A stretch of 64,000 nt of DNA from Macrostomum lignano (taxonomy: Eukaryota), in NCBI GenBank assembly GCA_002269645.1, contig NIVC01000428.1, positions 186,001 through 250,000 on the forward strand. Direction: 5' to 3'. This document shows positions 23,001 to 34,100 of the stretch, piece by piece. Under the pieces are notes generated by a model. It made no database searches. It was given only the letters and a program-made list of their open reading frames with translations, and was not told the origin of the DNA. Each line of letters begins with the position of its first letter. Position 1 is the first letter of the stretch. Both the position numbers and the translations under genes were made by a program.

Positions 23001-26000
23001 TAGTATTCACCTGCGCCGCTCCAAATCTTGACGCGTGTGCACTTAAAGCCTGGCCCAGAAATGTTCCATCTTTCCGTCTCCGAAGGATGCGCTCCACAGA
23101 CTCCTGTGTGAATAGACGAAATGGCGAGAAGCGCTCATACTCCATCACCGATAGTGTATTCAGCGTTCAGTATTCTCCGTCGATTAAACTATTTCTGACT
23201 TTTAACAGCGAAGAAAGACTTCAGACTCGATGATCTTTCCTGTCATTGGCTGAGCTGCCCTACTGGTCTAAAATGAGTCCAGTCACCAATCTTTTATTAT
23301 AGCTGCTGTTAGATAGCCCACGCGACAAGACTACTATTCCAATCCGTAGCTATTATGGATATTTTCGCAATACCATCTGTCCGCTTATAAATCTTTGGCC
23401 GCTTTGAACAACCGAGATTGTTTATCCTAGCGATTATGAGGCCTGCAGTGCAGTTGGAGCCCTGCCGCCATTCAGCAGTACAATGCACCCTGAGTGCCAA
23501 CCCCAGTGCTGCGCATCATTTGACTAAGGAAAGGCGGGCGCATTCTTAATCAGTATCGGCTTTTACTCGCCTGCTTTGGCGAGGCTCCCCCCTCCGCTTT
23601 ATCCCCGGGCGAGCCATGCTCGCCGCGTTGCTGCTGTCTGCCGCATTCAATTTATTCTGCGGAGCTCCTTGCGTCCCCGGCTCTTCTGACGCGCTGCATA
23701 GAACAAACAGCTGCATCATGCTGAGAGATGGAGATGGTAGCAGAAGGCGACTGGGGGGGGGGGGATAAGTCGCAATTTAATGACAGCCCCTGGGCCCGAG
23801 TAACCAACTGAGGCATATTGATCGCCCTGGATTTTCCTGCCCGCCCAACGAATTTCCCATTCAATAGCCAAGACAGTTTAGCTTTTCGCCAAGTCCTCCC
23901 GCAGTCTCTTTTGGCTCTCTTTTCACTTCTGCTTAGCTGGGTAACGCAGTCCCCGCTTATCCATTTTCCTCCTTCTAATCCTAGTTATCAAATGCTGTAC
24001 TTTGCGAATTTGCATCTTGCAGTAGATAGCAAAACGCATCTATTTATCATTCATTTTCTGAAATAATTATATTACAAGGCTTGCATTTGACGACCAAAAC
24101 TCCGCAGTTAATTTAGCCGTCTCGTTTGATAAAACCGGAACATTAGGAAAATAGGCAATTTTGTTTCGTAGAATAATGTCCTTTTTTAATTTAAAAAAAT
24201 GAAAAACACTTACTTATTCCTTTATTCTCATTCTTAATCTCTTAGTAAGTCATTGTGGTTCTCATATCTGAGTAGCTCGGCGGTAGACGCATCTGACTCT
24301 CGCGCCACAACTCCTGGTTCGATTCCGTGCACAGCCACCTGACTGTTACCTGGTCAGCGAATCCTGTTTGCCAGACAGGATAAAAAACAAGATAACAAAC
24401 AGGATAACACAATGTTTCCCTGCAGGATTCGCATGAATTACCCGACTGTTACCTGGTCAGCGAATCCTATTTGAATCTTGTTTGAAACAAGGAAACGTAA
24501 GATTTCGTCACGCAAACAGGATTCATACAAAATAACATTTTGCATAACCGGAATAGGGCATGTTATCTTGTTTGAGCGAAAGTTATCTTGTGATGTTATC
24601 TGGTTTATTTACCAGAGGGTACATTCAGTTGGGATTTGTGCGCCAAAGTTTGACCAGGGGGTTGTCGTACTATCACACCCATGGGGGCCAGCGTGTACAC
24701 GACTGACGCAGTACAGTACTGGCGCGTTTGTACGTGCTCAAGAGCTCAAGAGAAGAGAATCAGCAGAATTGCCTCATCGCTCTTTTTGGGACCTGTATCA
24801 ACAGTAAGGTAAATTTTCTTTTACCCAACAAATGCGCGCAGAGTCTACGGCGACAAGGCGCACGTGGTCATCCAGTGCCTGCAGGAGAATCCGGCCGTGG
24901 CCGTGCCGCTGATCCTTCGCCGACTGAAGGCCAAGGCTGACGAGTGGAAAGAAGCCCAGAAAGCCTTCAACAGAGTTTGGCGCGAACAAATCGATAGAAA
25001 CTACGCCAAGAGTCTGGACCATCAGGTGAGTATTACGGTAACAAGCCCACGCTCTAGCTTTTATAGCCAATGCAAATTACTACTGTAATTACTACTGACA
25101 TTCAACCGAACAGGGCCAGGCGTTCAAGCAGTTGGACCTGCGCCAGATGCGCACCCGAGCCCTTGTGAACGACATCTCCACTAGGCCGGATCAGACTGTC
25201 CGGCTGGCCGTGTCCTCGGACAGCGCGGCTGCTCGCAATGACGCTGTAGACCTGCTGGCGCTGCAGGCGAAGCGACTGGCCGGCGTCGGGCAGGAGGAGC
25301 GCGCGGCCGTGAGGCGGCTGCTGCGCTGTTGGCTTCGCGACGTCACCGGAGACGACCGCGTGGCCAGCGACAGCGCCGTTGGCGAGTCCGATGCCGACGA
25401 AAGCCGCATTGACAGCTTGCTGGCGTTGGAGGACGCGGAGCCGCTGATACCAACTGATAGGCGACCGTTGCTAGGCAACAGCGCAGTTTACTCCTTTCTG
25501 CGCCTGTTCCACATGCTGGCTGAGCGGCTCGGCGAGGTCAAGCTGGCAGCAGCTGAGGCGGCAGCCGAGTTGGCGCCCACAGCGACCAGCACGGCGGCCC
25601 GCTCCGCCAAGACCTACGCCGCATTTCTACAGCTGGCCACGAGCCTGATCAACACCAGCCTGGACCCCGCCAGTTTCGAGGAGCGTGTCCGACACCTGCT
25701 CGGCAGTAGGTGCTATCGGATTTTCACGCTTGACAGGCTGCTGTCGCTGGCCGTCCGCCAGCTGCACAGTCTGGTCACCGAGGAAGCCTCCCGGAGGCTG
25801 CTGCGTCAGTTCTACGCGACCAGGCCTTCGGTGGCGGCGGCCATAAAAGGCGAGACGGCCGGAGCGGCGGTCGATTGCCCGCCTGACGGAAATCGGTGAG
25901 CCCTCAAAATTTTAGACGCCTAATACGAAATCATCTATGAAAATTAGTCAACGGTTCTTTTTGGAAAAGTCGGTTTCTGAAATAACTAGATTTTGTACAT

Positions 26001-27062
26001 CTTTTTTCTGAAAGGCTTCTAAAGAATTATGATTGCAGAGTTTTGCCCCTTGATCCTTCGATTCCCGCTTCTTTAACTCCACCATCCATCCATGCCGAAC
26101 CTCATCAATGCAGCCGCGTCAAGTCCGAGCAGCAACTGGAGTCGCAGGAGCAGCAGCAGCTCTACCGCATCAGCCTGGACCAGCGCGATCGGATTCTCAG
26201 CATTCGCCTGCTGGCCACCGCTGAGCTGCAACAGTCGTCGGCATCTTCAACAGCAGCCTCTTCACTGCAGCAGCAGCAGCAGCAACAGCAACAGCAACGG
26301 CACGCAGCCGCCACACCGTCCGTTATGGCCATGGCCGCAGCCGCTCAGCACTGGTCCCGCTACCTGCTGGACCTGCAGCGGGATGCCAGCTCCGCTATCG
26401 TCAACGCCTGCCGACCGCCGCTATTTCTCGGCCGCAATCGCCGTCGCAGCAAATGCAGCGAAGATGGCCGCAACGACGGCGCAGGTCGGGTGAGCTGCTG
26501 GGACCGGACGGAGCTGAGGCTGGCGGAGCACGGACCGCGACTGCGCCTCGTGCAGGCGGCCGGCAGCGAGAGCCTCTTCTGTCGGTGGCGAAGTCCTGCT
26601 GCTGCTGACGCTTCCGCTTCTGTCGTTCGACGTCGTCAACTTGGCGAGAGCCTTCGCCGACTATCCTGGTCGGCGTCGCCAGCGGAGGAATCGGAGGCGC
26701 TCGCCTGGTTGCTGGGCGAGACGCCCGGCCTGGTGCGGCCCGGCCTGCGCACCGTCCGACTGCCGCGGCAGCCCGCGGGCGGCCCGGCCTCCGACACCGC
26801 CGGCATCTACCGAACCGAGGCGACGGACCCGGCGGTGCCGCTGTGGCCGGTGAACTCGCAGGCGGATCTGGCCGCCGCGGCGGGCACCTGCAGTCCGGAC
26901 GAGGCTGACGAAGAACCGGATGAACAGCGAGACGATGAAGCTGGCGAGCTGTTCGATCGCGAGGCTGACGATGAGGATGAGGACAGAGAAGACGAGGTGA
27001 AAGTGGAGGATGTCAATATGGAGAACAGAGCGAATGGCGAACAGCGGGCTGGGGACACTTGA
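14067..27062 (+). CDS. Sin3: Sin3-like paired amphipathic helix co-repressor (divergent), 6 exons
   Basis: Exons 14067-14189, 14618-15050, 15650-16676, 24842-25025, 25114-25895 and 26114-27062, all GT-AG and phase-compatible. PAH1 ([10 protein letters not shown]...GFVAFLPAG), PAH2 ([15 protein letters not shown]...EEFSLFLP), PAH3 ([12 protein letters not shown]), HID (SYR...CSGR...[31 protein letters not shown]...SLDHQ) and Sin3 C-terminal region (FTLDRLL...VRQL). The true start may lie further upstream. Confidence 0.9.
14370..14535. repeat. Intronic minisatellite (about 23 bp, ATCGCCCCTATCCACCACTTACA-like)
   Basis: About 6-7 degenerate copies in Sin3 intron 1. Confidence 0.8.
15194..15360 (+). 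mobile_element. tRNA-derived SINE with conserved central domain
   Basis: A-box-like TAGCCTTGTGG and B-box GGTTCGATTCC, then TGTGTCCTTGAGCAAGACA...CACCCAGCTGTAAAATGGG, resembling CORE/Deu/Meta-type SINE bodies. Confidence 0.7.
17252..23148 (-). CDS. Nav1: Voltage-gated sodium channel alpha subunit (Nav1-type, DEKA), about 1900 aa, nested antisense in Sin3 intron 3
   Basis: Four S1-S6 repeats with intact S4s. Filters QDYWE / GEWID / YKGWL / SAGWD give D-E-K-A; inactivation linker [11 protein letters not shown]. Clear 84-bp intron at 18727-18810 (ITG|VG). A second discontinuity near 21.05-21.2 kb is either an intron or a frameshift. Confidence 0.95.
24268..24335 (+). mobile_element. tRNA-like SINE head
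   Basis: TAGCTCGGCGG (A box) and GGTTCGATTCC (B box); no complete cloverleaf; followed by a 30-bp direct repeat pair (about 24338 and about 24442). Confidence 0.45.
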
Positions 27063-28149
27063 AGGTCAACTCTTGAAGCTGTTATTTATGACTGTATAAT
27101 CTTTGTCTATTAACTGTTAATTCCACAGCAGTGGTTTAGTCGCATATTTACGGATATTTTGTACAGTACAAATCGTAATAGCAATAAATATGAATGGAAT
27201 GTGTGCGTCTCTGCACCCGCCCTGTCATGTTCTCTCTATATTACTTAACTAATGGCTAGTAGTATCTGTAGAATTAGCTAAATTTACCGCTATCAAACAA
27301 AAATGCTTTATTTTTCTATTGAACAATGATTGCTAATAATATAATTAGTATAGTCAATTTCGGCGCATCGGCATTTTTATTATTCTCCTGTCAATCTATT
27401 ATCAGTTAATTAATTAAACTTGTCAATTCAAAATCATAAATTTTTCATCTAATCCTAATTTAATATTGACTGTCGAATCGTTGAAATAATTTTTCTTCGG
27501 GTTTCAATAATTATAAGGAACATATGACATTAAGAGGAACATATGATTCAATGTATACTAAAGTCCGACAAGCTGTCAGTAGCAACTGATTGCCAAACCG
27601 GTCATGTCCGCAAGGGATTTATTTGACACAGAGAGGTAAATTTGATCAAATACAATAGAAATTAACCAATAATTGTCATATGGCTTGACAAAAAGAAAAA
27701 AACGGATTAACTACTTCAAGTAGATTAGTAATTTGGTGCGCTATTTACACACAATTAATGCAGTCGCCTCTCACAATGATCTGCTTTTTCTGTCTCTATA
27801 AGTTAGTGCATTGGCTAATTAACGGTTTCTACTTGTACAGTCGGGTGATGAGCAACCATAAAATTGAAATAAAAACACCTGAACACCAATCGCGATTAAG
27901 CTTGCAAGGCATTCATTCTTAATGGATTGCTAATCCGGTTACTTAATAGGCTTTCCAAAAATGGAGAGATAGCTTTCACTAGGCCCATAAAGCTGCGATT
28001 AGCACCTGTAATTTAAGCACCTGAACTAAGAAAGTAAATCTCAGAGCCTTGCAGAACCGGTCAGATAACGCTAAATTTACCTTAGCAACTAAGAAAAGAG
28101 AAACTGTTAGTTAAAATTTCATCTTCTGACTGACGGGGTGGCCGTCCGG

Positions 28150-31100
28150 TCAGCGACAGTCTGCCGGCTCCGGCAGCACCACGTGGAACTGGGCCTCGTC
28201 GTCTAGCAGGCGACGCGAGTCCAAGTCCAACATATCGTCGACTTCCACCTTGATGCCGCGGCTGGCCAGCTCGGCCTTCCGCTGCATCAGCGCTGACTCC
28301 AGCTGGCGCATCTTGGCGGCCACGTCAATCCGGCAGACCGGGTGCGGCTCCTCGCAGCCGCTGCAGTCGGCAGGACTCTCCATCGCCGAGTCGCTGTCCA
28401 CCGAGGGCGAAGGTTTCGCCTTCTCGACTTCCAGCTCGGTGTCGTCCAAGTCGAGTTCCACTTCGCCGGCTGTTGGAGGCAGCGACGAAGGCAGCGGCGA
28501 GGCGAGTGACGACAGCGATGGCGTTGACGACGGCTGCGGCGTCTGGGGCGGCGGCAGCGCGGGTGGAAGCAGACAGAGCTGCTGCTGATGATGCAGCGAG
28601 CCCTTGTTGCGGACGTGCCGGGGCAGGTAGATGTTCTTGCAGTGAATGAGCTGGTGCGCCCGCAACCGGCTGGTGCTGATGAAGGACCTGCCGCACGAGG
28701 CGCACTGGAAGGGCCGCTCGCCGCTGTGCACCCGCTCGTGCACCTGCCAATTCGAAATTCGTGTTGGATTCGTAAAGCCTACTCTAGATTGAGGAGGCGG
28801 CCCAGCCTGAGGATCTGGGAGGGTGGCTGGCGGTCCAGCCTGAGGATCTGGGAGGGTGGCTGGCGGCCCAGCCTGAGGATCTGGGAGGGTAGAAGCCCAG
28901 CCTGAGGATCTGGGAGGGTAGAAGCCACTACTAAGGACGCATTTATCCGGGCGTTTTGGAGGCGGGGTGGGTGTCAACCCTCCTCGCCTCTCATTGGCTG
29001 GCGCCCCGATCACTAGGTGATCGATACGCGTATCGATATCGGCGCTCGGCGCGCGCACGCCGCAGGCGCGTGGCGCCAAGCGCCGCAGGCGCACCCTCCC
29101 GATATGTGCACCCTCCCGAGCCGCAGGCGACCCTTCAGAGCAGCAGGCGCCCATCCCGCAGGGGTACCCTCCCGATATGTATGCGCACCCTTCCGATATG
29201 TATGTCGCAGGCCCCCATGCTGCAGGCGCCCCATGCCGCAAGCACCCCGAGTGTACACTCTACCGAGCCGCAGGCACCCCGAGTGTACACTCTACCGAGC
29301 CGCAGGCACCCGAGTGTACACTCTCGCGATATGTACACTCTACCACTCTCCCGATATGTAAGATATCTAGTCAGCGATATTAGGCTAGTGAAAACTACTT
29401 ATAGTAGATGAAATTGCGTATATTTACATAAAAAGTAGATAAAACATATTGGTAGGTGTGAATAATGACGCATAATACATATTGGAGCATATGAGCAGCA
29501 AAAACACACAATGTAGGTGCATGGGCAGAAATAGACAAAGCAGGTACTGTAGGCGCTACATAGGTGGAAATACACACAGTATAATGCAGGTGCATACATA
29601 CACACAATGTAGGTGCAAATTGAGTATAATACAGGAAAATTACATAGCATATAATGTAGGCGCATTTTAAACGATACATTTTGCATATTAACCCGCAGGC
29701 ACAAAGTATATATCGGTCATAGGATAAAATACACACACTGGAAGTTAAGTATAATACAACATATGTATGCAAAATTAAGCATATAATGTAGGTGCAAAGT
29801 AAAATATCCAGCCCAGGATATTCGAGACACGCCCCCAGAGTCAGGGCCGGGGGATCCCAATGTACAGTGCGGGCGGAGTAACATAGAGAAATTCCAATTC
29901 CTCCCCAGGGCCGGGGGATCCTAGCGGAGTACAGTTCAGGTAGGAGCGTTCCTAGTCTGCAACCCATAGCTTCCAAATAGGGTACGAGGGGCCAATGTTT
30001 CGAGAGGGGATCCTCAGTACAGTGCGGTCAGAGAGGAGTAACATAGAGAAATTCCTCCCCAAGCCCCAAATAAGGTTTTTTCAAGGGGATCCCAAGTACA
30101 GTGAGGGCAGAGAGAAATTCCAATTCCTCCCCAAATGGGGGTTATCAAGGACCCCTCACATTGCACAGGGCGGGCAGAATAACAGACCGCATACAAATAG
30201 GGGTTTTAGCGGATCCCAAGTACAGTGCGCTCCCTGGTGTCAAATGATGAAGGAATCCCGCCCCCCAATGCACAGTGCGCTCCGGGGTGTTAAATGAGGA
30301 AGGATCCCGCTCAATGTACAGTGGAGGTGCCAAATGAGTAAGGACCCCTAAGTACAGTGCGGGCGTAAAACCATTTTCATCCCCACGAGTCAAGGGATCC
30401 CAAGTGGGCACATAGGGGAATCCCAGGCGTAAAAAAGATAGATCCTTATCTTTCACTCACTCCCGAAAGCCATACGGGCGGCTAGCGGCCCCATACACCC
30501 TCTTAGTCATCACGCGCTGGAAAGTCTTGTCCATCTCGAGGGTCCTTATTGTACAACTGGCCTTATCGCGCCTGAACTGGGCCTGGGGCAGGCGTACAGT
30601 CCCGCCGTGACGCAGAATTTCCTGCAGCTCGTCCTCGCGCTCGGAAATCTCGGGCGTGACTCTGATGCCCTTGCACTTGAGCACCGAGTACAGCGACCCG
30701 TCGGGCTTCTCCACCACGTACCGGTAGAGCTTGGGGCCTCCCGTGGTGAACTGTACCATGCGGCAGCCAGCAGGTACCTCGTCAGTCCACTGCCCCAAAC
30801 TCGAACCGCCCGGAGGCTCGTACTCGCCCGGGAGCAGCGGTATACGACCCTGGGAGGAGGAGAAGGATAAAAAGTGTTAAGGGGAGAAAGAGAGACAGAG
30901 ACAGTGAAAAAATTACTTACGAATCAGTATCGGCGTAAATGACGCGGGTTCCTAGACCCTCCAGAGCCTCGTAGAGTCGCAGCCGGGCGTGGGAGGTGGT
31001 GAAAACGCCAATAGGTACATTAGCGTACTTGAAAGCCCGCTCGCCAGCACCGCCAAATCGGGGCTTGTACTCGAGCATCATGAAGCTCTCCCCAATTGGC

Positions 31101-34100
31101 TCGCACGACTTGACCTTGATCGAGGGGTCGGTCAGGCGCTGCAGCCACGCCTCGTAGCTGTCCACAATCTCTGTGGAGGTCAGGTCGTCGCGCTGGCAGA
31201 ATTTGCCCCAGAGCCTGCAGGGGAAAAATAAATTTTTGTATATCTGGCTACTGTAAGTAGAAAAACACGGTCCCCACTGCAAGTAGAAAAAACTTACGAG
31301 TTTAGAAAAATCTTGGCAACAAAGCGCAAGCCAGGATTCTCCTCCACCTTTTCCAGCCGGACGCCTTCGCGTTCGAAAAAGCTGGCCATGTAGGCAGCCT
31401 TGGCGTCCTCAGCCATCCCCGGCGAACCGCTAGACTCTGCTTTGAGCTTCAAAAAAGTGTTTACATAATCTGCAAACAGGCCCGTGCGAGTCTCGGTCCA
31501 ATAGGCCAGGGCATGAACTGACTGCAGCTTGTAACCCAACTGCAGGGCTTTGTGGAGCTCTGGGGTCGACCACGTGCCGCGGAGCATTCTCTCAGCGTCA
31601 GTGTGTGTACACTCGCTGCTGCACTGGGTCTCCATGCAGACGCGGCAGAGGCCGAAAACCAACTTCTTGTTAATCTTGGCGGGCAGTAGCGGGATGTGGA
31701 GATTGGTTGGCGGCAGAATCGACACCTCGGCGATGCCAAAATACCGGGCCAGCTGCAGCTCATCCAGTAGATGAGGCTCGGGGTGGTGTACCGGGTGCCC
31801 GACCGGGTACTTGTCAAACTTGTTGACAGTCGGGTAGAGCGACACCTAGGGGATAAGGATAAGATAAACTCAAACGCATGTCAACTGTGTGTGTACAAGT
31901 GTACAAACTTACCACATCCCGATAGCGCAGCTCTACAGTCTCGGTGGCCTCGGCGTGCGGGACAAAAGCCTCGGTACGGCCGCCAAACAGGGCATCCTCC
32001 AGGCGAATAGGCTGCTGGACTGGCGCTCCCTCGTCCTGATAGTCGTGCTCCCACAGAACACGCACATTGTATGCAGTGGAGAGCAGCCGGGTGAAGCGCT
32101 CAGTCTCCTCATAAATTGCTCGCATTGGCTGGTTCTTGAGCGGGTGCAGCACGTCGCCGTTGGGGAAGCACTTGGGACAGCCATGGTAGAAACAGCCATG
32201 AAACTGCAGCACTGTCCTGGTCTCTGGGTCGAAGCCGTCGACCTTACGGCCCATGGCGAAAGCCTCGCCGCCAGAATCGGCTGTCCGCAACCGGCCGCCA
32301 AACTCGGTTGCATTTAAATGTGCCAGCCAGCACCGCGCCTTGTGCGACTGTACATCGGACCGGCGGGAAATCACCCCAAGAGTGTTGGGCTCCATAAACT
32401 TGGTGGTGAATACCGACATGGCCAAGCCCGCAATGGTGTTGGATTGAACAAATGCGTCCAGTCCGCAAATGTCCTTAATCAGGCGGGCATATTTCAGGCA
32501 GCCTTCCCGCAAAATTAACGTGTCCTGCAGGCAATAGTCCAGGTACGCCTTATTGAAATTAAACACCTGTCCCTCCTGCTTGGCCAGCCAGTCGGCGATG
32601 GAGTCATGCTGCTTATTCTTCTTCCCGCCGTACATATCAATTGAGCAGTAGGGACCGACGTACCCCCAATTTTGAGGCTGATTGAAGACGTGCGGGAAAT
32701 CTCCTTTGGTCAGTTGGGTGCCCAAACCAAGCGCCTTTGGGAATTGCGCCAGACCAATAGGGATGAAATTGAGGCTGTCCTTGAAGGTGATCTTGTCGCA
32801 CTTCATATACATTAGGCGGCTGTTCTGGAAGATCACTTGCGGCTTCTTCTTGGCCAGTCCGTTGAGTAGGGCGCCGAGCAGGAGGAATGCGTCATACGCA
32901 GAGCCATTGTGCGCAATAGCAATTGCCCCCTGCTTGAACACACTAGTCAGCCAGCAGTAAAAGGCATCGATAGAGTGCGGCCCGACAGATACAAACTCTC
33001 GCATCCCACAGGCACAGTCATTGTGCGAGACACAGCTCGTGAAATCGAGTGCCAAATCGCGTCCCGCAATGCAATTGGCTGAGCTGTGTAGTCCCCCGCA
33101 CGCGCTGCAGCGGGGCCTGGGGAAGAGTTTGGGACACGCCTCGCAGGAGGTGGCAGCCGTAACCAAGTGTACCCGGTGCTGCTTGCCAGAGTCCACGTAC
33201 GTCTCGAAATCATAGTAAACATACGGGGCGCTAGACTCTTTGGCTTTGGGCGGGGTGACAAAGCACTCGTGGGTGGCAGTTTCGTCGTACTGCTTGCAGA
33301 CTGGGCACTTGGCATAACCACACTGATGCTCAGGGGGCTGGCCTACTTTTAGTTCTTCTAGATAGCCACACGTGCCGCAAACGTGGACCGAATCACAGCG
33401 CGATCTGCCGGATTGATGCCTACTTTTGTGTTAGGTACCTGCTTTTTATTAAATACACTGCACCAAAAGCAACTTTAATCGGTACATACTGTGTTTTTGT
33501 AGAGGTGCCGGTATGCTTTTTAATACATATGTCTTTAGTGTAATTTGGTGTGCTTCTTCAACTTGGCTCGCGAATCTTGCACTATGGCTCTCTAGTGGAA
33601 AGTACTCTTACTTGTGCTGGTTGCGGGTGATTGTAAGGCTTTCTGCTTGACTTCTTTAGTTTACTTGATGGTTAAATGAGGAGTGGGAGCTGACGCGCCT
33701 ACCTCGGGGGAGGAATGCAGCTCCGCGGTCTGATGCAGCGCTTTCTGTTACCCCTCTCCGTCCGCACTGTACATTGAGCGGGATCCCCTCAAGTGTTAAA
33801 ACTCCCATTTGGAGGCTCTGGGGAGAGTTGCAGTGGAGTTCAACAAATTTCTGATAAGATCTCTTGCGGGGGCATGACACTCGTCTCGAAATAAAAAAAA
33901 CCTGAACAAGTGCTGGATGCCCTTACTAGTTGGCTGGTTGTTACCTCTACAATTGTGTACTATTTCTGTCAATATTTTCCCCTGCATTATGTCAATATGT
34001 GCTACAGGGTGTCATAATATGATACTTTTACGCACTAATATGTACACTCGTATCATAATTTTCCTGCATTGTGTCTGCTTCTACATCTACGATGTGTGTA

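Noticed and set aside
17283-23233. Plus-strand ORFs overlapping the Nav gene, and similar shadow ORFs over Sin3, pPolB and the hAT transposase
   Set aside because: They are antisense or alternate-frame shadows of well-supported coding sequence, with no independent motifs.
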